This document shows, one piece after another, positions 31,218 through 41,419 of a stretch of DNA of 64,000 nucleotides. This DNA comes from Thermoplasmatota archaeon (GTDB lineage: Archaea; Thermoplasmatota; E2; JACPAO01; JAHFTW01). How positions within the stretch are numbered: position 1 is the stretch's first letter; the number at the start of each line of letters is the position of its first letter. The translations under genes and the position numbers were made by a program. A model generated the notes under the pieces. That model did no database searches. It was not told where the DNA came from and was given only the letters and a program-made list of their open reading frames with translations. The stretch is taken from contig JBFIHX010000001.1 in the NCBI GenBank assembly GCA_041601615.1, forward strand, positions 224,001-288,000, in the 5' to 3' direction.

Positions 31218-31901
31218 GTGGAGGACCCCGTCCGACTCGGACTCAGCCTCGCCATGCTCCTTGGCGCCAGCATCAGCGACCTACGCACCCGCCGCGTTCC
31301 CAACGTGTACTGGTGGCCCTGGTTTGCCGCCGCCACCGCACTGCTTCTAGGCGACCTGGCGCAAGACCCCGCCGCCACCCTCCTAGGGTTTGCGTGGTCC
31401 GCCGGAACCGCCTCCGTACTCTACGCCCTATGGTACTTTGGCTTGTTTGGAGGCGCCGACGCCAAAGGCCTCATGGTGCTCGCCCTCCTGTGGCCGACCC
31501 CGCCCGCCATCCTGGACGGCGCCAGCACCCCCGCCATCGACGCACTCGTCAACGCCAGCACCTTCGTGGCAATTCTACCCATCCTCTTCTTGCTCTGGAA
31601 CCTCACCCGCGGCCACATCGGCGGCCCCATGCTCCTCGGCATCCGCATGGACCGCGAAACCGCCCGCGGCCGCCACGTCTGGCCCATGGAACGCGTCGAG
31701 GACGGCGTCGTACGCATCCGCCTCTGGCAACGCATCGGAGCGCCCCTCGACGAAGCATACAACAACTTGGAGAAGGCGGGCGTCCAGCGCGTTTGGGCCA
31801 CCCCCAAAGTGCCGTTTATGATCGGAATCCTGGTGGGAATCATCATCGCCTATCGCTACGGCAACTTGCTCCTGCTCCTGATGGTGCGCCTGCTCAGTTG
31901 A
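31218..31901 (+). CDS. Prepilin/preflagellin peptidase (A24, FlaK/PibD type)
   Basis: SISDLRTRRVPN, FGGADAKGL and C-terminal VWATPKVPFM. Confidence 0.88.
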   Translation: MEDPVRLGLSLAMLLGASISDLRTRRVPNVYWWPWFAAATALLLGDLAQDPAATLLGFAWSAGTASVLYALWYFGLFGGADAKGLMVLALLWPTPPAILDGASTPAIDALVNASTFVAILPILFLLWNLTRGHIGGPMLLGIRMDRETARGRHVWPMERVEDGVVRIRLWQRIGAPLDEAYNNLEKAGVQRVWATPKVPFMIGILVGIIIAYRYGNLLLLLMVRLLS

Positions 31902-31987
31902 AGGCCATCCTGGGCCAGTAGGTTGCCCGCAGCGCGCATGCCCTCGCCTGCCGACGCGCCCAGTTCCACCCGTTTGCGGCCAACGCC

Positions 31988-32800
31988 ATGGTGCCATGGC
32001 AGCGACCAAGCGATGTGCCTTCCCACCGCCTCCGCGCCATCATCCTTGCAGCCCTTGTAAGCCTCAGTCTCTCCGGTTGCACAAGCCCCATGGCCCTCCT
32101 GCCCGAACAACTGCAAGGCAACCGCGCCGGAGACCTAACCCGGGCGCTGCTTCTAGACGACCCATATCCAAACCTCGTCGTAGAAATCGACACCACCAAC
32201 GGCTACACCCCCTGCCCCGAAACCCTCGACGCGCTGCGCGAAAACCTCGACACATACACCCTCAAACAATTCATCCGCATCCTCAGCCCCGCCCGAACGC
32301 CCGCCGAGGACGGCGAATACAGCAACCACGAACTCATCGACATCCACCGAGCACTCGCTGACGAGGGCCCCGTGCGCACCCACGGCAAAGGCCAGACCGC
32401 CCACTTGCACGTTATCTTTCTCAACGGCCAACCCGAAGGCGCCGACGGCCACGGACTGGGACGCACCAGCCAATCATGGGGCGTCATCTTCCTGTTTCCA
32501 GACGCCTACGAGAACGCCTACAGCATCCAAGGCGGCAAACGCGTAGACATGCGCTGCGCTCTCGAACGAACCATCATGCTGCACGAACTCGGACACGCCT
32601 ACGGACTCGTAGACGACGGCGTGCCAGCCCTGACCGAACGCGAAACCAGCCCCGGCAGCGGCCACAGCCTACACCCCGACAGCGTCATGACGGAGCGCAT
32701 CCGCATGGGCACCAACGGACTCCTGCTTGCCCCGCTGCCCCAGGACTTTGACGCCCACGACCGCGACGACTTGTTTGCCTACGTGCGAAACAACAACTAA
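31988..32800 (+). CDS. Lipoprotein zinc metallopeptidase
   Basis: Lipobox LSGC; HELGHAYGL with downstream H...SVM Met-turn. Confidence 0.8.
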   Translation: MVPWQRPSDVPSHRLRAIILAALVSLSLSGCTSPMALLPEQLQGNRAGDLTRALLLDDPYPNLVVEIDTTNGYTPCPETLDALRENLDTYTLKQFIRILSPARTPAEDGEYSNHELIDIHRALADEGPVRTHGKGQTAHLHVIFLNGQPEGADGHGLGRTSQSWGVIFLFPDAYENAYSIQGGKRVDMRCALERTIMLHELGHAYGLVDDGVPALTERETSPGSGHSLHPDSVMTERIRMGTNGLLLAPLPQDFDAHDRDDLFAYVRNNN

Positions 32801-34422
32801 AGCAGCGACACGGGCCGGCCCCACAACGGAAGCTCAGCGCGGTGCCCCGTGCGGTCCCGGTAGCGAGCCGCGGTCAAATCGGGTTCATGCGTGTGCACGG
32901 GCACGAGCAAGTTGGCGCCAATTTCGTCCAGCACCCAATCCAAGTCCTTCTCCGACAAGTGGCCACTGACATGCGTGTCGCGGCGCTGCAACCGGAACGC
33001 CTCCAGCCAACGGTTCAATTTGCGGTCGCCAATTTCCATTTCGTCGTTGAACGGCTGCGTCATGCTGTGGATGTACACGCCGTTGCTGCCGCCGGTTCCG
33101 CCCGCCGAGACGGGAAACAAATCGAACAACTCGTTGATCGTCCAATAGCTGATGCTAAACAAGTAGGAATGCGGCGAAGCAGCCACATCCGCGCTCGTTA
33201 CCGTGTTGCCCGTCAACAAATACGGGTGCTCCCATTTGTCGTGGTCGCCAAGCCAGAATTCCTGCCATTTTTCCTCGCCCACGTCCAGACTCGACATCTC
33301 CAGGTCCGTTCCCGGCATCCGCAACGTCCCAACCGGCATGCCACGAACGCCCTTGCCGCGAAGGGGGACATGGATGGCAAGGTTTGGGTCCGAGAGTGGA
33401 TCCGGCAGGTCCGTGCGGCCAGCGCGGCGCAGGGATGTTACAAGATCCGCGACCTTCGTGGGAATCACCAACCTGCGTCGAGAGGAGCGCGCCACGTTCC
33501 AAATGCTCAGGAACCGATCCAAGTCACGCGGCGGATAGCTGATGCCCACAAACACGTCCCCCGCCTCGTCCAAGAACGCCTGAATTTGCCCCTCCACCTT
33601 CACTTCCTCGTCGGTCTCCGGGTGGTGTTTGTGGTCCTGGCGCACATTCGTGCCTTCCGCCACGAGTACGTCCACGCCCCCGGCGCGCTCGATGAGTTTC
33701 TTCGTCTCGTCGCCGCTGCGCCCATGCAAACGGAAATCCCCCGTGTACACGACGCTCACCGGCCCCTCCAAGAGGCTCGCACGAGCTCCATGAATGCTAT
33801 GATCCACGCCAAAGTGACGAATGTTCCACTCGCCAACTCCCTGATTGCCGCCGTCCACGATGCGGTCCACCATGACCGGTTCGCCCGTCTCCGGGTCAAA
33901 GCTCGCCCCCGCCTTGTTCGGGCCACCCTTCTTGCCCGTGGGAATTCCCTTTGGACGCGCCGACAAAAACTCCGTAAGCACACCGCCGGCGCCGGTAGTC
34001 TGCAAACTCGACAAGGTTGCCTGGCTCTCAGGACTCATCAGAATCGGCACGTCAGGGCGCAACAGCCCAAGAAGGCCGCAGTGATCCTGGTGGGCGTGAC
34101 TGACAAGCACCGCATCCGCCGAAGCGCCGCCCGGAGTGCCGCCGCGATCGGAGCGGTACAAGCCGGGAATGTCCGGGATAATTCCAAGCCGCATCAGGTC
34201 CGGGACCATCGAGAAGCCACGAGGCTGGAGAAAATCGTCGTAGAAATCATTCCAACCCGGCTCCATGTGGCGGGTGTCCTGGCCCGTGTGCCGGTGCAGG
34301 CGCGGATCGTTGCCAAACCGCTTGCCAAAATCCAGGAAAATTCGAGCGCCACCACCCTCGAGCAGGAAGGCGTTGCCGCCGATTTCTGCGACGCCCCCAT
34401 ATCCTGTGAGTGTGACGGACAT
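32797..34422 (-). CDS. MBL/beta-CASP ribonuclease (RNase J-like)
   Basis: GGVAEIGGN, LDFG, SHAHQDH, VDHSI, YTGDFR, HVSGH and PVHT. Confidence 0.85.
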   Translation of the reverse strand: MSVTLTGYGGVAEIGGNAFLLEGGGARIFLDFGKRFGNDPRLHRHTGQDTRHMEPGWNDFYDDFLQPRGFSMVPDLMRLGIIPDIPGLYRSDRGGTPGGASADAVLVSHAHQDHCGLLGLLRPDVPILMSPESQATLSSLQTTGAGGVLTEFLSARPKGIPTGKKGGPNKAGASFDPETGEPVMVDRIVDGGNQGVGEWNIRHFGVDHSIHGARASLLEGPVSVVYTGDFRLHGRSGDETKKLIERAGGVDVLVAEGTNVRQDHKHHPETDEEVKVEGQIQAFLDEAGDVFVGISYPPRDLDRFLSIWNVARSSRRRLVIPTKVADLVTSLRRAGRTDLPDPLSDPNLAIHVPLRGKGVRGMPVGTLRMPGTDLEMSSLDVGEEKWQEFWLGDHDKWEHPYLLTGNTVTSADVAASPHSYLFSISYWTINELFDLFPVSAGGTGGSNGVYIHSMTQPFNDEMEIGDRKLNRWLEAFRLQRRDTHVSGHLSEKDLDWVLDEIGANLLVPVHTHEPDLTAARYRDRTGHRAELPLWGRPVSLL

Positions 34423-34585
34423 AGGGCTTGGATGATTATGATGTACTTGGGGCCGACGGAGTGCGCCACGGGGTGGCCGAGCAAAGCGAACGCCGCCCTC
34501 CAGGGGCAATCCGAGGGGCAGGATGTCCCTAGGCGGGAGTCAAAATTGGGGAAAAAGAGAGGAAAAGGGGCTTGGATGTACCGCG

Positions 34586-36568
34586 TTAGGCCAGTCCGCC
34601 AGACTCGATGAGTTGCTGGGGCGTGACGATGTGGCCGCAGGTTTCCATGAGGGCTTCGAGTCCCTGCTTCTGTTTGGCGTAGATCTCAAACAGGCGCTTG
34701 GGGCAGTCCGCTTCCTTGCCGTATGCTTCGATTTGCAGTTCGATGCGGGCTAGGATGTTGTCCAGGTACAGGCTGAACTGGCGGTCGTACAGGTCCTGCG
34801 TGTATTCCTTGTTGATGGTCTCGGCGAAGATCTGCTTGAGGTCTTCGTAGAGGGGCAGGAAGCCGATGGGGGTCTTGATGGCCTTGACTTCGCCGTGGGC
34901 GCGGCGTTCGAGCCAGGTCAGCCAGGCCTTCACGTCGCTCTTGTCTCCGAGCAGCCGACCGTCGTGGCGGTCCCCGCCGCGAGCGGCGTGGGTGAGGAAG
35001 TAGTTGAGGCCCGCCATGATGGGAACATCCTCCAGCTTCGGGTTGTTGAAGAACTCGAACTGAGCGGCCATGTAGTCAGCCAGGGGGCCCGGCGTGAACG
35101 GGGCGTTGGCCCAGGGTTGGCGGTTGACGCCGGTGGAGCCAATCTCGGCAGAGGTTGCTGCGGAGAGGATGGAGGCGCCGATGACGACTCCTTCGTTGGG
35201 CGAGGTGGCGACCCAGACGGGTGGCATGGTATCGCTGTCGCGGCCGCTGTACGTGATGACCTTGACGGGGACGCCCTCGGCGGACCATGCCATGTCCTTG
35301 TTGTAATTGTCAATGTTTGTGCAGGAAACCGTGCAGCGAGCGTTCTTGTTGGAGAACGGGACGCGTTGGCCATCGGCGTCGGTTTTGCCCGCGTGCCAGG
35401 TGCCCGTGTAGTGGCGTCCTTCGATGGGTTCGGGGAGGCCGTCGCCCATCCAGCGGGGGGTGCCGTGGCCGTCCACGAGGACGTTGCTGAAGATGACCTC
35501 GTCTTGGACGTCTCCGCGCAGGAGCTTCATGAGGTGGGGGTCGCTTTCCCGGTGTACGTCGCGCACGATGCCGAAGATGCCGATTTCGGGGGTGACGGCG
35601 CGCACGGTGTGGTCGTCCCCGATCCACATTTGGGCAAGGTCGTCGCCAATGAAGTCGGTACCGACCATCGCGGTGGTGGTTTTGCCGCAGCCGGACGGGG
35701 CAGCGCCGGCAAAGAAGGTCTTGCGGCCGTTGGGGCCTGTTAGGCCCGTGATGAACATGTGCTCGGAGAGCTGTTCGCCGCGGCGTTCGTAGACGCAGAG
35801 GTCCACGGTAAACCGGTGGTTGCCCTTCTTCAAAAGGAGGGTGTTGCCGGCGTAGGTGCAGAACATGGAGTAGGTCGTGCCGTGGTTGCGATCCATGTAG
35901 ACGCGGGCGCGCGCAACGTCCTCACTTAGGAATGATCCCATGCTGTGGACGTTTGTGAAGAAAAGGCCGGCGCGCTTTGCCTCGGCGTCGAAGTGGTTGA
36001 ACACGTTCGGGTAGAGGATGTTGCCGGAGTGGACCACGTAGTAGGAGTCCGTGATCATGATGGCCGGGACGGCCGGTGGGGCGCCGATCGGGCCGCGGTT
36101 CCACATGGAAACCAGCATTGTTTTGCCTTCCATGATGCCGGCCATGTTTTCGACGATGTACGTGTGGGCTTCGGGGCGGGGCTGTTTCTTGGCCAGGACG
36201 GAGACGCGTTCGTCCTCGTCCACGATGTACAAGGTCTGGTTGACGAGGCGGCCTTGGTCCTCGGGCAGGTCGTAGTGGCAGGTGTGGCCGGGCAACGCAA
36301 GCTCGAATTCCTCTCCCTGTGCCAGGGAACCCTGACGGACCGCCTCACAGTCCTCTTCGGAGCCACTGTTGAACCAGACGGCCTTGGGTCGCAGCATAGC
36401 CACGGCATTGGCGATCTTCAGGGCCGCTTTGTCATTCGCGATGGTTGCGAATTTTGCCTTGTTTGCCTCGTCACACTTGGATTCGACGAGTCGGCGTGCG
36501 TCCTCGATGGTCCGGATGCCTCCGATGCCGGAGAGAATGTCGTTTTCGACTTGCATATTCATCTGCAT
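34586..36568 (-). CDS. pckG: Phosphoenolpyruvate carboxykinase (GTP)
   Basis: YAGN, SEHMFI, GAAPSGCGKTTTAM, IGDDLA and NARCT. Start could extend to 36652. Confidence 0.92.
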   Translation of the reverse strand: MQMNMQVENDILSGIGGIRTIEDARRLVESKCDEANKAKFATIANDKAALKIANAVAMLRPKAVWFNSGSEEDCEAVRQGSLAQGEEFELALPGHTCHYDLPEDQGRLVNQTLYIVDEDERVSVLAKKQPRPEAHTYIVENMAGIMEGKTMLVSMWNRGPIGAPPAVPAIMITDSYYVVHSGNILYPNVFNHFDAEAKRAGLFFTNVHSMGSFLSEDVARARVYMDRNHGTTYSMFCTYAGNTLLLKKGNHRFTVDLCVYERRGEQLSEHMFITGLTGPNGRKTFFAGAAPSGCGKTTTAMVGTDFIGDDLAQMWIGDDHTVRAVTPEIGIFGIVRDVHRESDPHLMKLLRGDVQDEVIFSNVLVDGHGTPRWMGDGLPEPIEGRHYTGTWHAGKTDADGQRVPFSNKNARCTVSCTNIDNYNKDMAWSAEGVPVKVITYSGRDSDTMPPVWVATSPNEGVVIGASILSAATSAEIGSTGVNRQPWANAPFTPGPLADYMAAQFEFFNNPKLEDVPIMAGLNYFLTHAARGGDRHDGRLLGDKSDVKAWLTWLERRAHGEVKAIKTPIGFLPLYEDLKQIFAETINKEYTQDLYDRQFSLYLDNILARIELQIEAYGKEADCPKRLFEIYAKQKQGLEALMETCGHIVTPQQLIESGGLA

Positions 36569-36904
36569 TGGTGCGTCCCCAGGGTTTGCCCGGGCCCGTG
36601 ATTGGGTGTCCGGGCCCGCCTCGGGCCTTCGCACAAATGGGTCCTGTTTCAATGTTGCCCGAGCAAGACAGGAGAATCAAGCGTCTATTGAGGGCCTCAG
36701 GACTAGGTCCTGCCAGGGAGCGAATCGTCTTTTTCTAGACATTGTGGGCGTGCTAGGGCAATCCAGGTGGTGCCTCATGGCGGCGCCGGGGTGGGTGTGG
36801 GTGTGGGGACGTCCGCTGCTGAGCCCGACGCGTGTGCGGCACCGAGGGCGACTCGCCTTTTCTTTCCGGCCCACCGCCCTTCGGGTGGGTGCTTGCACGG
36901 GGGG

Positions 36905-38542
36905 TTAGAATCCTTCAGGCACCAAGGGGTCCTTCCAGCCGATGCCGTTTTGCAGCCACGCGAAATTTTGCCCGTCGAGTCCCATGTGGATGAGGGTGAA
37001 TGCGATGGCGGCGATGGCGAGCCAGAAGTGGGTCCAGCGCCAGGTGGCGTAGTTCCAGCGGCGAATCATCGGCACTTGGATGGCGCCCGTGACGCCGAGG
37101 GCGAACATGGCGAGGATGGCGGGTGCACCCCAAAGAACACCCACGAGCCAGTGGTAGCCGTCCTCGGCGAGGCCTGTGTTGACGTCCCACATGAAAATGA
37201 ACATGTGCGCCAATGCTGCGGCGGTGAGGCCGTAGCTGAGGAAGTTGTGGAAGGCGACGCGGCGCTTGGCGCTACCAAAGATCTTGTTGAGGCTGCGGCG
37301 CGTGCCTTTGCCAAAGATGCCTCCGCTGTAGATGCTCCCAATCATCAGGATGGCGCTGGCGTAGCCGACAATTTCGCTGATGCGGGCAATGGTGACGGTT
37401 TCGAGGACGGGGCCGGGAATGACGGTGCTTCCGAGGTCTGTTCCTAGCACTGCGCCTCCGGCGCCACCGGTGCTTCCTCCCGACGGGGCCGGCATGAGGG
37501 GGACTTCGAGCGGAGGCAGCACCGTGCGGTCGAAGGTGGCGTCGAGGTAGTCGGGGTCGTTGGCGTTCTCGTGGTCGTGGTAGAACGTGGCGTTGACGAT
37601 GAGTTGGATACGCTCGGCGGGGCCAGGAACTGCGAGGACTTCGAGGGGGAATGTGAACAGGCTGCCGCCGCCGCCTACGTCGTCGATGCCAAAGCCGATG
37701 TCGTCCACGACGACTTTCTGGGTTTCTCCGGTGGCGTTGCTCCAGGCGCGTACGTTGACGGTGAAGCCGATGTCGCCGATGGAGAGGTCAAGCACGGGTG
37801 GGGTGCCGGAGCCTATGGGCGTGATTTCGGCGCGGATTTTCCATTGTCCGTAGCCGTATTGTCCAAAGTCGCTGCCTCCTTTGGCGTGGAACCGCTCCGT
37901 TGCGCCCTTGCCGTGGGCATCGATGGGTTGGATGATGCTGGCTGCTGCGTCTTCGCCTTCGGCGGGTTGGACGTAGAGCGTCAAGTCGGGCCCGGTGTTT
38001 TGGTCTCGGTTGTCAGGTACGAGTTCGAGAATCAGGTCGGTGGTGCCGTTTTCGATGGTGACGAGTACGTCCGTGTAGTAGCTGCGACCAAGATCACCCG
38101 GGTCAATGCTGGCAGGATCAACGGTGATGGTGTCGGTGACGGCGACAGGGTCGAGTGCGCCGCGTGCGCCCGTGAATTGGACGCTTGGTGCATCCGAGAT
38201 GTCCATAGTGACGCGGATGCCGCTGACAACACTGAGCCAATTGTTTCGAAGCGACACGGTGTAGTCGACGCTTTCGCCCACGGCCACGGTGGTGTAGTCG
38301 GGGATGATGATGAGCGCCGGGTCCATGTCAGGTGTGTCTTTTCCTGGTCCGTGGCAGTCCCAGCAGTTGCTGTCCTGGGGCTTGATGTAGCCATCTTCCG
38401 TGATCTGCGCTTGGCCCACGGCCATGAATGCGGCGAACACCAGCAGCACCGCGACGCCTACTTTTGGCCTGCTCAACAGCGTCGCGAGGCCTCTTCCCGT
38501 ATTTGGGCGCAAGGGAATGCGTGCCTGGACCCACGACCGCAT
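36905..38542 (-). CDS. Membrane protein with N-terminal CxxCH heme-c motif and C-terminal cytochrome b/ferric reductase-like TM domain
   Basis: CWDCHG after the N-terminal hydrophobic segment; four C-terminal TMs with His (FHNFLS, LAHMF, WTHFW, LIHMG). Confidence 0.7.
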   Translation of the reverse strand: MRSWVQARIPLRPNTGRGLATLLSRPKVGVAVLLVFAAFMAVGQAQITEDGYIKPQDSNCWDCHGPGKDTPDMDPALIIIPDYTTVAVGESVDYTVSLRNNWLSVVSGIRVTMDISDAPSVQFTGARGALDPVAVTDTITVDPASIDPGDLGRSYYTDVLVTIENGTTDLILELVPDNRDQNTGPDLTLYVQPAEGEDAAASIIQPIDAHGKGATERFHAKGGSDFGQYGYGQWKIRAEITPIGSGTPPVLDLSIGDIGFTVNVRAWSNATGETQKVVVDDIGFGIDDVGGGGSLFTFPLEVLAVPGPAERIQLIVNATFYHDHENANDPDYLDATFDRTVLPPLEVPLMPAPSGGSTGGAGGAVLGTDLGSTVIPGPVLETVTIARISEIVGYASAILMIGSIYSGGIFGKGTRRSLNKIFGSAKRRVAFHNFLSYGLTAAALAHMFIFMWDVNTGLAEDGYHWLVGVLWGAPAILAMFALGVTGAIQVPMIRRWNYATWRWTHFWLAIAAIAFTLIHMGLDGQNFAWLQNGIGWKDPLVPEGF

Positions 38543-38630
38543 GGGCACTGACCCGGCGTGGAACTTTATGAACGCTCGCATCACGTTGCCGAAGCGTCCG
38601 CTTCAAGTGGTTGCTTAGAGTGGCGGTGGC

Positions 38631-39314
38631 GTGGATGCGCTGAAGCAGGCTGCTGGCGTTGCGGCGGCAGCGGAAGTCGAGGACGGCATGGTGGTGGGCC
38701 TGGGCACCGGCAGTACGGTGCACTATACGATATTGGAACTGGCCCGGCGCGTGCATGAAGAAGGGTTGCGCATGGTGGGCATCCCCACGAGCGAGCGCAG
38801 CGCCAAGCTTGCTGCCGACGGCGGGATCAGCCTCACAAACTTGGATGCGCACCCCGTGGTGGATGTGACCATCGATGGGGCGGACGAATTCGACGGCGAC
38901 CTTCGACTCATAAAAGGTGGCGGCGGGGCGCTCACTCGGGAGAAAATCGTGGCGCACGCAAGCAAACGCATGGTGGTCGTGGCGGACGCTTCCAAGCAAG
39001 TGGCAAAACTCGGGTCCACGTTCGCGCTTCCGATCGAAGTGATCGATCTTGGCAAGACTCCGGTGCTGCGCCTTCTGGAGACCCTTGGCGCCGACGCCGT
39101 GTTGAGGGCAGACCCGGCCCAGCCCGACGGCTTGTACCGAACCGACAACGGCCACCCCATCATTGACGCAAAATGGTCCCACATCGAGGATCCGGAGAGC
39201 CTAGAGCGCGAACTGAACATGACTCCTGGAGTGGTCGAGTGCGGCTTGTTTTTGGGCATGTGCGACGCGGTCTATCTTGCAAGCTCCAGCGGCGTTGAAG
39301 TCATCCGCAAGTAG
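38631..39314 (+). CDS. rpiA: Ribose-5-phosphate isomerase A
   Basis: GLGTGST, DGADE, IKGGGGALTREK and TDNG. Confidence 0.96.
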   Translation: MDALKQAAGVAAAAEVEDGMVVGLGTGSTVHYTILELARRVHEEGLRMVGIPTSERSAKLAADGGISLTNLDAHPVVDVTIDGADEFDGDLRLIKGGGGALTREKIVAHASKRMVVVADASKQVAKLGSTFALPIEVIDLGKTPVLRLLETLGADAVLRADPAQPDGLYRTDNGHPIIDAKWSHIEDPESLERELNMTPGVVECGLFLGMCDAVYLASSSGVEVIRK

Positions 39315-39428
39315 GCACGAGCCGACGCACGACCAAGCAGCCTCAGCGTTGTGGGTTCGTCACGCTCAGACAACAACGCACTCCGCATCATCCGCGATGG
39401 CCCCAGACCGATGCAGCGCCAACCCGAA

Positions 39429-39788
39429 CTAGAGCCGCTTAAGGGCCCCATCCAAGGTCCCTATAGCATGCTCATACGATTGAATCGCCTTTTGCCCAAG
39501 TTCTCCGTAATGCTGCTTGATTGAAGCTCCCTTGGCCATCAGCTTGTATTTGTGCATGGGACGACCCTTACCATCCCGAGGAACCGCCTCCGCGTCCGCC
39601 CAGCCACGATCACGCAACATCCTCATCCCAACAGAAACCTCCGGTTGCCGGAGGCCTGTGTGGTCCACGATTTCTTGCGTTCCCATGGACCCGTGGGCAA
39701 TGAGAGACGCCAACAGAGTAGCCTCGACGCGCTTTGCGCCCAACTGTTGCAGACAATCACGAAGCCCGGCCTCGTCGTCGCCAGCCAT
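39429..39788 (-). CDS. Archaeal ArsR/TrmB-like HTH transcriptional regulator
   Basis: TGLRQPEVSVGMR...GKGRP. Confidence 0.85.
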   Translation of the reverse strand: MAGDDEAGLRDCLQQLGAKRVEATLLASLIAHGSMGTQEIVDHTGLRQPEVSVGMRMLRDRGWADAEAVPRDGKGRPMHKYKLMAKGASIKQHYGELGQKAIQSYEHAIGTLDGALKRL

Positions 39789-39924
39789 AAGCCGAGTTGG
39801 TTTCCATTCCTATATTTGATTTTTCTTGTAGAGTCACAGGTTGGGCCGCCTTGGCGCCGCTGAACTGGCGGGGCTCCGTGTTGGGTGGGCGGGTTTTTCA
39901 GGGAGGCCCCCGTCGGAAGTCCCA

Positions 39925-40485
39925 ATGACTGAGAATGCCCTCGTGGAACCAGGCACCCCCCTGGCCTACAGTGAGGAATACCTGCCCGGTCAGGGCACCT
40001 ACGACGATGGCGAACAAATTCGCGCCGCCGTCTTCGGATCACAGCACGTCGACACGGAAAGCATGACGCTCACCGTGCGAAGTGCCGGCAAGTCCATTGC
40101 CAGCATCGAAAAGGGCGACGTGGTCGTCGGCCGCATCACCTACACCAAGCCCGAGCTTGCAAGCGTGCAGATTCTTGAGATCCGCGGCAAGACCGGCACC
40201 ATCCTGCAAGCCGTGGAAGGCACCCTGCACGTCAGCAAGGTCGACAATCGCTACATCAAGGACATGGAGCAAGAAATCCAAGTGGGCGATGTCATCCGCG
40301 CCAAGGTGATTGGCCTGCGCGGCGGACCGCAGCTTGCCACGGACAAGCCCGAATTTGGCGTCCTTCGCGCCTACAGCCGGGAGCGCGTTCCCCTGGAGCG
40401 CCGTGGCAACGCTTTGGTGGACCCATCCACGGGCTACAAGACGACCCGCAAAATCGCCGAGGACTACGGCAGCGGCATCGTCTAG
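39925..40485 (+). CDS. csl4: Exosome complex component Csl4
   Basis: VEPG..L...EEYLPGQGTY, S1 domain (GDVIRAKV) and C-terminal TRKIA. Confidence 0.88.
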   Translation: MTENALVEPGTPLAYSEEYLPGQGTYDDGEQIRAAVFGSQHVDTESMTLTVRSAGKSIASIEKGDVVVGRITYTKPELASVQILEIRGKTGTILQAVEGTLHVSKVDNRYIKDMEQEIQVGDVIRAKVIGLRGGPQLATDKPEFGVLRAYSRERVPLERRGNALVDPSTGYKTTRKIAEDYGSGIV

Positions 40486-40554
40486 ACGGGCCCCATCCAG
40501 ACCAAGCGGCCTTGCGTCGCTTCTTGTGCGATCTGGTTTCGTTCAGCGCATGCT

Positions 40555-40824
40555 CTAGCCACCCGCGATGGCGGGAACAATCCGCAAGACTTCGCTGCCT
40601 GCAAGCTTCGTTTGCGGCCCGTCCAGTGCTTGGATGTCATCGGCGCCCAGAAATACGCGCACGAAGGGCCGGATCTGCCCATTTGCAAGCAATTGTGCGC
40701 CAAGTTCCGGGTGAACTACGGCAAGATTCTGCATTGCATCTAGGACCGTAGCGCCGTCGACGGGAACCTCCGCCTCATCGGAGGCAAGCCGGCGCAGCAC
40801 CGTGGGCAGCCGAACCGTTACCAC
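40555..40824 (-). CDS. MoaD/ThiS (CysO/SAMP-like) ubiquitin-like sulfur carrier
   Basis: VTVRLPTVLR...IVPAIAGG with C-terminal GG; GTG start overlaps the JAMM stop and has a GGAGG RBS. Confidence 0.9.
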   Translation of the reverse strand: MVTVRLPTVLRRLASDEAEVPVDGATVLDAMQNLAVVHPELGAQLLANGQIRPFVRVFLGADDIQALDGPQTKLAGSEVLRIVPAIAGG

Positions 40825-41279
40825 GATCCCGCCTCCGTCAATTGCAGAGGATGCTCGCGAAACTCCCCGTCGGCACCATGGAGTCGCCAAGCGCGCAGAA
40901 TTCCCTCCGGAGCGTGCGGCGGGAAGCCATGAATCAGGTACCACCACCCCACGGCAGCATGGGCGCGATCGGTTTTGCTGGGCACCGCGTCCGTGAACGG
41001 GTGGCTGTGTACGATTCCCACAACCTCCTGTCCTGTGCCCTCCAGTTCGTCTTCAAGGTCCAGAAACGCCACCGGATCCACTTGGTACCGCGTCCGGGGC
41101 TCCGCGTGCAGGTTGCGCGTGGCGCGAACCGATTCGATGCGACCATGCGCCCCAATCAAGTAACCACAGCCCTCGTTGGGAGCCGCGGCGGCGCTCATCG
41201 CATGAATTGCCTCCACCGCGTCAGATTGAATGTGTACAAGCGGAGCTTCCAGGGGCGCAAGATGCGCGGGGAGAGCCAT
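40818..41279 (-). CDS. JAMM/MPN+ (Mec/M67) metalloprotease
   Basis: PNEGCG, HSHP and PSKTD JAMM motif. Confidence 0.9.
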   Translation of the reverse strand: MALPAHLAPLEAPLVHIQSDAVEAIHAMSAAAAPNEGCGYLIGAHGRIESVRATRNLHAEPRTRYQVDPVAFLDLEDELEGTGQEVVGIVHSHPFTDAVPSKTDRAHAAVGWWYLIHGFPPHAPEGILRAWRLHGADGEFREHPLQLTEAGSW

Positions 41280-41419
41280 GGAGACCCAAGAGCCCCAGCG
41301 GCCATGGAAACCCTGCGCGTACCGGCAAATCCTGCCGCAGCAAAGGGTTCTTTAGCCGAGGGATGGTTCGGCCGATTTGGTCAAGATGACGCAATCAACA
41401 GGACTGGACACAAACGTGC

